Shown piece by piece: positions 51,686 through 61,532 of a stretch of DNA of 64,000 bases. The stretch's first letter is position 1. Each line of letters starts with the position of its first letter. The translations under genes were made by a program, and so were the position numbers. Under the pieces are notes generated by a model. That model was not told the DNA's origin. It searched no databases and was given only the letters and a program-made list of their open reading frames with translations. The DNA comes from Azolla caroliniana (lineage: Eukaryota > Plantae > Polypodiophyta), in the NCBI GenBank assembly GCA_043228905.1, contig JBHGNT010000001.1, positions 8,060,001 through 8,124,000 on the forward strand, in the 5' to 3' direction.

Positions 51686-54176
51686 GGCTCATGTGTAGGA
51701 TCCAACAGTTATCAGGAAACTGCGCTGTGCATGGATCAAAGCACCTACCTGTAATACCACAAACAAAATGATATCAATCAATTTTTTGCTTTGCCACAAA
51801 GGATTATGATTTAAAATAGTTTAATCATTTTCCAAAAACTACTAAAATAAGCTCTTCTATCATAAAATTGCGCAACTCTGACAGAAAAGTTCCAAAAATT
51901 GCTTAATCAGACAGTATTATCAATAACTTGTTTATACCCAGGAAAAGTGATTGTTACTAATCCTCTTCTTCCTAATATTCCTGTTATTAGGGAACCTAAC
52001 CTCGATCCTCGTCACTGGCTTGACCCCATCACACAGATGATATCTGGACTTCCGTTGGACGTTAATAATTTATCACTCAATCCATCTATTCTTATAGATT
52101 GCAAACTGTTACTTCTCTACTCTTCGTTTGTTCTTTCGCCTATTCTTCTTCTTAGTAAAGGACATATGCATTATATCCAAATTTTACATACATGTGTATG
52201 CGTATGCATGTTAAAGATACAATGATTCTCTTTTGATGTTGCTAAATATCTACAATACACATAAAAGCTAGTATTTTTTTCATATTTTAGTACATGTCAC
52301 GTCCCGTTCACCATATCTGCATCCCCTCACTGTGTGTCGTTTTTCATAGCATGGAGACCAAGTTCACAGAAAAATAGGGGCCAAAGAATGCCATAATTTT
52401 CTTACCTTTTTTAGGCAATTACTCCTCTACAGTCGTACTTTTCTACACAACGGAGGGGATATTGACCAGAAAACTTGAAGGGTGGATCCATATGATATAA
52501 TAAACACAAAAATAAAAAGATAAAAACAAAAACAAAAAAATGTTGCAGTTAGGTTTTTCTGGTGTAATAAAGGGTTGGTACAAAAAAGAAAAGAAAAAAA
52601 AAAAGGAGCAACAAATTGCGCAATGGTGATGAATGGAATGAAAGGAAGGTGTAAGTAACGTGACAGGAAGGGGATGGGAAAGGGAAAAATACGTACGTAC
52701 CAGGGTGCGGGGGGGTGTTCTGCAGGAAAGAGATGGAGAAATTGTGGTCAGTGAAGAAGGGATGCCGCCATCGCCAAGGGGAGGGGGGAGAGGTATGCCT
52801 GCCTGCCTGCGCCTGGCGCTGCAGAGCCAAACAGAAATTGTAACACAGAGCAAACAAAACGAACTAACAAAACAGAAATTCGACGCAGAGAAATGCTTCA
52901 AATATGAAATATGTATATGTACATAATGCATAGTTCTCGTTTATTTAATACATACATGGATGGATTTGATGGGGCCAGAGACAACAGATAGACAGAAAAG
53001 TGAAGGATTATGGAGGCCCAATGATAATTTTAATTATTAGTATTTGGCCATTGTAGGTATGTACCAATGATTGAAGAGACTTATCCATGCATTCGATGGG
53101 TCGTTAGGTTTTCATTATCGCAAAAATATATATGCGTTCACACCCTCTGCAACCATGGGTATCTTTGTATCTCTATTTCGGTTGAGAATGAGGGTATGCC
53201 ACATGAGAGGACAAACTATGATTCCGGTAGTATCATGGTGGCACTTGTACTGAACGGGGAAGGCTGAAGCATCGTGTACTGAACGACGAGTATTGTGCAC
53301 TTCTCGTTCTTCATGTGTCCAACACTTGGTCGTCTTTTTTTTTCTTTTACAAGTGTCGACTAATCTCTCGTACATTTCATTCTCCCCGACGGCTATCATC
53401 TAAGCTTAACAAGAATGGAAGGTACGTAACATAGTTTGGCATTTTGAATAGCTGACTAGAGCAAAGGGCCTTCATTTGGAGAGTATCGATTGTTATTTGA
53501 TTTCAAGACAATGGGTGTTTGTACAATTCAAATAGGTCTGCTCGGAATCATAGATGGAGATTGTTTTCCTAATTTTAAGATATTTTGGAATTAAGTCATA
53601 ATTGGGATATACTCATTGCTTTTGTATTTTTAATGGTAATTGGAATCAAAGCATACTTGTGGCTGTGAATGTTGAAGGGAGTACTAATGTGGTAAATCTC
53701 TTTATCGCAACAAGTAAAATTCTTTCATAAATGGATTGTTGGTTTTACATATCGGCGATTCCAAATGTCCCACCACCCTCTAGTGGTGACACACTCAATT
53801 GTGGTGCCATTGTAGTCTTTTTCACACATTTTTTTAACATAATTGTGTGTTTTCACCAAAGACAGGGAGAGAGGCTTCTCTCTTTGTTTATATCTTGTAT
53901 ATGCCCGCCCCCTCATGATCATGCATCATGCTCTCTTTCATAATCCATCACAGCCATGCATCAACGACATTTCGTGAATAAATGGAAACACTTATACGTA
54001 GGAACACATTGCGTTTCAAAATGGCCATGAAACACTTACTCCTCGAGTCATTGTTTCACCCATTGTTTTGTATTTGTATATTGGTTTATGTTTATACACT
54101 ACAATGTTAACTCTTCATGAAATTTAGAATAAATGAAACATAGATATAAATGTGATCTATTATATTATGTTCATGG

Positions 54177-54777
54177 TGTTAGGAATCGACCGGCAACAAC
54201 TTGTTACACATTCGTATTCGTGTGCAGAAATCAAGAACTAGTACGCAGATAGAAAAAATGTGAAGTCACAGAGACACCGATATTTTACATGGAAAACCCG
54301 AAATGGGGAAAACCACGAGGGTCCACTAACCCCAAGAAAACTGATCACTATAGTAGAGAGGAAGTACAAATACTGAACTCATAGGCAACGACCTCGAGTT
54401 CTCCTTCATCTAACAGACGGCTACAGAGTTACACTCTCACACTCTCACTCACGGTTACAGAGGCAACTACCTTGTTCTAACTTTTCAATAATGATCTCTA
54501 ACTCTTCCTATAAAGTTTGCCCTAGTTGCTTATAAACCAAAGCAACTTTTTGGATACTTACAAGTATAGCCCCCAGGAGGCATTTTAGACTATTTACAAT
54601 TATAGTCTTTCGAAATGATTTCGGTTTCGGCCTCGGTCGAGATACTCACCAACACGGTACTTCTCTTCCCATCTGGAGGGATATGTTTCCCAACAAATGG
54701 TAAAGAGCACAAAACTCGCGATTTCAACAACATTTCAAATGAAATTTCAACCCATAAAGAGCCACAATCGAATAACA
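54177..54777. mobile_element. Probable Copia-type solo LTR
   Basis: TGTTA...TAACA termini about 600 bp apart; internal motif tttacatggaaaaccc...gggaaaaccacg typical of Copia LTR regions. No matching TSD was found. Confidence 0.55.
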
Positions 54778-56603
54778 TAGTTTTGTCAAGATTTTCTTAG
54801 AGTGTAGGCATGTTTCATGTATAATTTCCATTTGTTTTAGTTGAATTGAATTAATTACTTTTCCTGATAATGCTATTAAAATGCGGTGGGGCAATATGGC
54901 TTTGAAGGCATGTCACATAAAAGGTAAGGCAAAATGGGTGTAAAAGACAATATTCAAAAAACGTTGGATCAGCCCTCTATGAATGTTTGTTTTATTCTAT
55001 CAAGAGAAAATAAGACCAGATGCAGTGGAGCCACAATACATACACAATCTACAACTTAATGACTTATCACTGAAATATCATGCCATGTTGTTTTGTTCTC
55101 CTTTGCCATGTCATGTTGATATGCCTCCCAAGTTTTGGATAAGATAAATTTCCTATATATATATATATATATACAAACAGACAGATAGATGGATCATGTC
55201 ACTACAATAGAGATGTGGCACCAAGGCACATGTGTCACATTATGCCGGGAAAAAGCCAAAATAATCAATGTGAATCTAGAAAACACAAGATTCAAGATGC
55301 AAGGGATCTTCGAGGTGCGTATATTCTATCGAGTGTGAACGAGATTACAGAACCAAGTTGAATACGCGCCCGACAATGGGCGAGAGGGTAAGTAGGATAA
55401 CAACGCGATCCAATGACCGAGATTTTGGTCGGCGTCTGTTGAGATTGCCCATTCAAAAAGAAAAAAACAAGCTACAAACCAAAAAGAAAAGCAGAGTGAA
55501 TTGAATCTTGTCGAATCAATTTGTGTGGCAAAAATCCTATCCACTCATACAAAAAAAAACACACACAAACAAGAAAAACAGAGTGAATCTGTGGAGGTGA
55601 AGCCAAAGCCAACTGTGGAGGATCCTTTCTTTGTCTAACTGATGGCGCCCACCAGCTGAGGCATCGGATCCACAATCCACATTCTGTCATGTTCATTCAT
55701 ATCTTTCCCATTTCTCTGAGAAGAGCCCCAATGCTTGAAGACATGGATGCTCTCTTCTAACCACTTATGCTACAACTCTCCCGGGTAAAAAGAACCCTTG
55801 AGCCTATCTGGCCATGGGGATTCTCTGCTGAAGCCACTGATTTTGGCGACTTGGGGTTTTTTTTTTTCCCTCTGAACCCTCATTTGTTGTGTGAGCTCTA
55901 TTCTTAAATACTCCTAACATAATCTCAGACTTTGGTTGTGTTCAAAGAAAGCTCATGGATATGGTGATGTAAAGGTTTAGGTCGCCGTGTTTTTTTTCTT
56001 CTTCTAAAGAATATTAGAAGGAAGCTCAAATTCTATAATTTGCATGTTTCCTTCCAAATTCAACACGGAAGAAAGATCGATATTTAAGTTGATGTGGGTT
56101 CACTTCTTAAACAGTATCTCAAAAGGACAAACATGGCTATGGTGATGTTGATTATGTTCGAAGTTTTCTAACAGAAGGAAACTTAATGCTTATGTTCATA
56201 ATTGCTTTCGTAATGTTTGTTCTTTGTCCAAACACTGTATAGAAAGAAGCTTGCGTTGATCATCCCTTTGGTGATTTGAATCAAGCACTACTAGAAAGAA
56301 GCTCAATCTCTGTGGCGATTTGAGTTTTCCCATAAACACTATTAGAAAGGTCAAAGATGATGTGATCTCTCTTTTAAACAATACTAGAAAGTAAGGTCAA
56401 GGGTTTATGAGATCATTTGGATATTCTTCTAGCCCTAGTGGAATCGCAGAGTCAATATATGGTAGCAAGGATTGGAGGCCTTTTTTTCTTCCTCCTTTTT
56501 ACATATATGATCTAGTTTGATCTTAATACTAGCAAAGGGGTTTCTGTTCGTTGTATCGACATCCATATATCTGGAGTGCAAATTATTTTGCATATGTAGG
56601 AGA

Positions 56604-59531
56604 ATGATGCCTATGTCTGTTGTACTTCACTGTTGTTCTGAAAACATCGTGCAAGGATGGCCTCCCGAACACCTGCCATCTTCCTCAGCTCTCAACAAGA
56701 TTGCATCATTCCGGTAAGCAAAGATATACGAACCCAATTGAAATTAGGGAAATGTTTTCTTCCCCAATTGCTAAGATCCATGCAGATTGCAGAAATTTAG
56801 TTAATTATTATTGCAAATGACAGTAGAAAGCTTAAAGATCTTTTAGGTTAGGAATGGTTACCCCCTTTGCTATTTAAATAGAGAAAGATACTCGTTATTG
56901 GAAACTCAGATTACAGGGTTCTAGGACAGTAGGCATCACATGATTGCTCATAGTTTTTTTCTGATGAAGTTTTTTAATATTGGGATGCAGACTTGCATCA
57001 ATGAGAGGATCTCAGTGTGAAGGGTTTAGAATTGTTGGTCATGGGACAAGTGTGGTGCAGAAGCGAAATAATTCGACAAGGATTGAAGCAACTTTAGCCG
57101 TTGAGTCTCGATTAGTGAGCACTGAAGACACAACGGCCCTTGCAACCAAAGCTTTGGCAAGAGCAATGGCTGTTGAAGCCGTAGCATTGGCCAGAGAAGC
57201 TGTTAAAGCTGCTAAGGAGGCTGCAACTCTGGTTAGTTCAAGCCGATGTCAAGAATATGTGGATGATTTTCCTTCTGAAATGGATCGCTTATTGCTTGAA
57301 AGAGCAAGGTTGAGTGAAATGATGGAGATTGACATCTTCCAGGTTCTGGATGAAGGTGTGTCATCCCCTGCATTGTCAGAAGATGCCAAAAGGAACACTT
57401 TGGAGAAAGGAATTACCTTTAATGACGTGGGGATGAATGCTGAAGTGTCTTCTTCTTGTTCTTCTTTGTCGAAATCTGTCCGTTCTCATGTTTTGGAAAG
57501 AGATAGTATACATGATATCTTAGATGAGGGAGAGATTTCAGCAAAAACTGAATTGGGTGGTGAAGATCCAGTTGTTGCCGCAAAGTCTAAGCGAAGAGAA
57601 CAGAGGTTAGAGAAACGGAAGCGCGCCTCAATAAAGGCTAGAAATGTGATGGCTGCTACCACTGCCATCACTCTAGATACAGCAGCAAAGCCCAAATCGT
57701 GGAGGTCAAGAAAAGCTTTGAGTCAGGTTTCGAATGATCCCATTCAGTCTTTCCTAACAACAAATGGATCAAAAAGATCTAAGCTCCTTACTGCGACAGA
57801 GGAAATTGAATATTCTCGTAAAGTTCAGGTAATAGCACACTGTTTACATCTTAGAACAATCGTCCTTCATGTTTTTAATTGATATGCATATTTTCTTGTA
57901 ATATTCAGGTAATAATAACACACATTTGCATCTTAGAGAATTTTCATATGTGAATTTTCTAGGATCTTTTGAGAATGGAAGCTGTGAAGAGGACCCTGCA
58001 AGAGCACATAGGAAGGGAGCCTACAATAGCAGAATGGGCAAAAGCATTGGATATGGATGTCAGAACCTTTTCATCTCGGTTGAGTGAAGGAAGACAAGGG
58101 AAGGATAAGATGATACAATGTAACCTTAGGCTTGTAATCTCAGTTGCGAAGACATATAAAGGAAAAGGAATGAGTATGCAAGACCTTATACAGGTTAGCA
58201 AAACATTGCAAGATAACCGATGATACTATAAACTATGCATTTATATATATTTGGAGGAACTAATGATGGTTGTAGACTATAGTAGAAAATTTTACTTATA
58301 AAATGGAATAGCCTATAAGTAGATAAGTAGTCTACTTTTCATATTCATAAGCAAGCTCTTGTATTTCTTTTCCTTAGGAAGCAATATGCTAATATTTACA
58401 CTTCGTTATGTAGGAGGGAAGCATGGGCCTTATTCGCGGTTGTGAAAAGTTTGATCCAGAGAAAGGTTTTAAATTTTCAACTTACGCACATTGGTGGATA
58501 AGACAAGCAGTTACAAGAGCTATATCTGAACAATCTCGGGCCGTTCGTCTCCCGGTGAAACCATTTTCCAACTGTTTTTTTATCTTTGGAAAAACAACAA
58601 AATACCCCTAACTTTTGCCTATTTACCAGAATGCTATTTATCTCGGTAGTAATACATGCTATTCTACAGGGAGAATGTGATAGTTTGAAGCCTTACGGCT
58701 ATTCTGGTAAATAGCTGAAAAACTACAAGTGTTTTTGGAGTTTTCCCCTTCTTTTGTATATATTTATTCATTCCATTTCTCAAAAAAGAAGAAGATTATG
58801 TTCATTGTTTAATTCTCTCTTCTACTTTTGTTGCTGCTTACTTATTTTAGGCCCACTTACATGAAATAATGGCACGCATTTGGAAAGCAAAAAGGATTAT
58901 TTACGAGGAATATCAACGACCGCCATGCGAAAGTGATATTGCTGAGATAATGGGCATGTCTGTAGAAAAGCTGAGATCAATTGCAAGGTCAACCAAATTA
59001 TGCAAATCTTTAGACAAACCTGTTGGAAAAGACCAAAATGCAACACTAGGGGTATGTTTGTATCCTAACCATTGTTTTGGTACTGAGTATTATTTGTGAT
59101 TATTGTCTAAGTGGATCTTATAAAACAATGGCATAATACCTCAAATAATCATCATCTATACGGATAATCTAACCCTTGACCATTTCATGTGTCAGGAGTT
59201 TATCATTATCTACGTATATCATTTAATCCTTGACCATTTCGTGTGTCAGGAGTTTATTGCTGACGATACACTAGAGGATCCTGAGTCCCGAATCGCAAAT
59301 CAATTGTTAAAGTTGGACCTAAGCAAAGTGTTGAAAACTCTTAACGAAAGGGAGGTTGGGGTTGTGAAGTTACGCTATGGACTGGAGGATGGGAGAATGA
59401 GAACTCTAGAGGAGATCGGAAGAGCATTCAATGTGACCCGAGAAAGAGTTCGTCAAATTGAGGCCAAAGCAATGAGGAAGTTAAAGCAACCAGAACGAAA
59501 TGCCATTTTGAGGGGATACATGGATTCTTGA
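56604..59531 (+). CDS. Nuclear-encoded plastid RNA polymerase sigma-70 factor (SIG2/SIGX-like); ~600 aa
   Basis: Exons 56604-56713, 56991-57828, 57963-58193, 58414-58554, 58851-59051, 59250-59531 (1803 nt). Region 1.2 NDPIQSFL...LLTATEE; region 2 [38 protein letters not shown]; region 4 [16 protein letters not shown]...[13 protein letters not shown]2-like [16 protein letters not shown] in the N-terminus. Confidence 0.92.
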
Positions 59532-59692
59532 TCCTTTAAGGATGTTTTTTTAATGGGCAGAGATTTTAATATCCTTGTAAATTTGAGGCAATAAATATAC
59601 AGTTCATAAGGTTCTTGCATTTTCTTTGCATGGACCCTTTGTATTTTATGAAGCGAATCTAAATATTTGACTTGTCATTTGCCCCTCCAGAA

Positions 59693-60107
59693 TAACAATC
59701 GGCAAAGGTTCAGTTTGAACCGGACCGAACTGAACCGCTAAACTGTGGCTTAACGCCTTAACGGTTTAAACAATTCAGTTCAAGTTTTTTAAAACGGTTT
59801 GGTTTGGGAGGTAAACGGTTCGGTTTAACAGTTTGATGGTTTTTTATTATTTTTTAAACAACCTTTTCATTTTTAAGCCTAATTCTCACATTTTAAGAAA
59901 AATCTTTAAATTTTAAAATTTGACCTAAGTTGAAAACCGAAAGCAAACCACAAAAACGCGGTTTTAGTGGTTTAACGGTTTGGGATTTTACTTAACAATT
60001 TAGTTTAAACGGTTTTGTGGATTAGTTCGGTTCGTTTTAGGTTTCAAAATTTTTAAACAATTAAGTTTGGACACTCTTGAACCAAACCGAACCGTTGTCG
60101 ATTGTTA
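59693..60107. mobile_element. hAT-like MITE with ~23-bp imperfect TIRs and AACCG/CGGTT subterminal repeats
   Basis: Left taacaatcggcaaaggttcagtt vs reverse complement of right end taacaatcgacaacggttcggtt. Flanks ctccagaa / cattagaa may be a degenerate 8-bp TSD. Confidence 0.75.
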
Positions 60108-60307
60108 CATTAGAAGCAAATGTACATGTTAATATATGCTTGTATTTGCTCCCATCTATTTGAAGTTTTTCTTCAACCTTGATTGCCTATGATTGATGTT
60201 GACTCATTTCTTTGACTTATGGCTATTAGAGCCTTCTCAACCCCCTTCGTACAAACATTTGTTTAGATGTTTATAGTCAAGACATCTTAGATCATATTGT
60301 TCTAGAT

Positions 60308-60324
60308 TGTGTGTGTGTATGTTT

Positions 60325-60368
<44 letters not shown>
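60308..60368. repeat. (TG)n and (AG)n microsatellites
   Basis: Direct reading. Confidence 0.95.
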
Positions 60369-60372
<4 letters not shown>

Positions 60373-61017
60373 GTAATGATTGATTACCCACCTTTCTTAG
60401 ATTTGGGATGTTTTGTCATGTAGTTATTTGACACCAAGACAATGCGTGTTTGCACAATTCACATTTCTCAACTTAAAATAAGAGGAGACAGTTTTCCGCC
60501 TTCTAAATGATGGGAATTGTGTCACAATTGGGATATGTGCACTTCTCTTGCATTTGATGGTAGGCATGAAGTCAGAGCATATCTACAAAAGTTGAAAGGA
60601 GTATATGGAGCAAGTTGGATTTCTTTCCTCGATGGAGTGATTTTCTTGCATATTGATACCCTTGTCAATGGATAAGTTTAGGCGGATAAACTTTTGGCTA
60701 TTTACTTGTGAACTAAGATACTAGTACCGTAATAAAGAAAACAACAAATAAATGTTTCTCTTGTATAGTCTTGACAAAATCCTCTTTTTTCCATAAAAAA
60801 ATATCCTCCATTGGTATTAAAATTAAAGTGGACAATACACAAGATAATCCAATATTACAACGAATATTGTATAGCCATGTCGAATGACTGTAGTCAATCT
60901 TTCTAGGTAAAGATAAATAATCTTTCTAGCCAATCTTATTCAGGTTCGGCATATCCAAGAAAAATGTTTCATCCAGCAGTCCCGTTCTTTCAATCTCAGC
61001 ATGCATCTCATGTTCCT

Positions 61018-61119
61018 TCATAATCTCCTTGCATTGTCAGTGTCTTTGCACTTGCAATACATGTCTATAAGAGCATTGCTCACAAAGACATTCAAGTCAT
61101 AACCACTTGCAACTGTATG
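61018..61119 (-). pseudogene. Degenerate PPR-motif fragment downstream of the DYW gene
   Basis: Minus strand translates HTVASGYDLNVFVSNALIDMYCKCKDTDNARRL*, a PLS-class PPR motif ending in a stop, not part of a long ORF. Confidence 0.7.
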
Positions 61120-61532
61120 GTTGTCAAAATCCTCTTACTCCACTCTCAAAGAGACATTTAGTTTTCATGTTTTTTGTACATTAGATGACTGGTGGGAAAC
61201 TCAATTTGAGATCAAATCCCACAAAAAATTGATGGCAAGGAAATGACATCTTCGTTCAATGATCTTTCCTGCGCAAAACACGACCTTGGGTTCATGAGCA
61301 TCTCACAAAGTTCACTTTTTACATGAACAAATTCAATGAAAAAGATTGAATCAAGAGCTGGATACCTATGGGCATCTCTGGATTGAGCCATTATGTCGAC
61401 TTGAATATATATCAACACCCTGATGTGGCTATATTTATGTCCTCATTCTTTTTGGCCACAACATTGGTGTTATATGTCGATGGCAGACGACACTCGGTGT
61501 CTCATGGACAATATCAAATCTAACTGTCTCTC

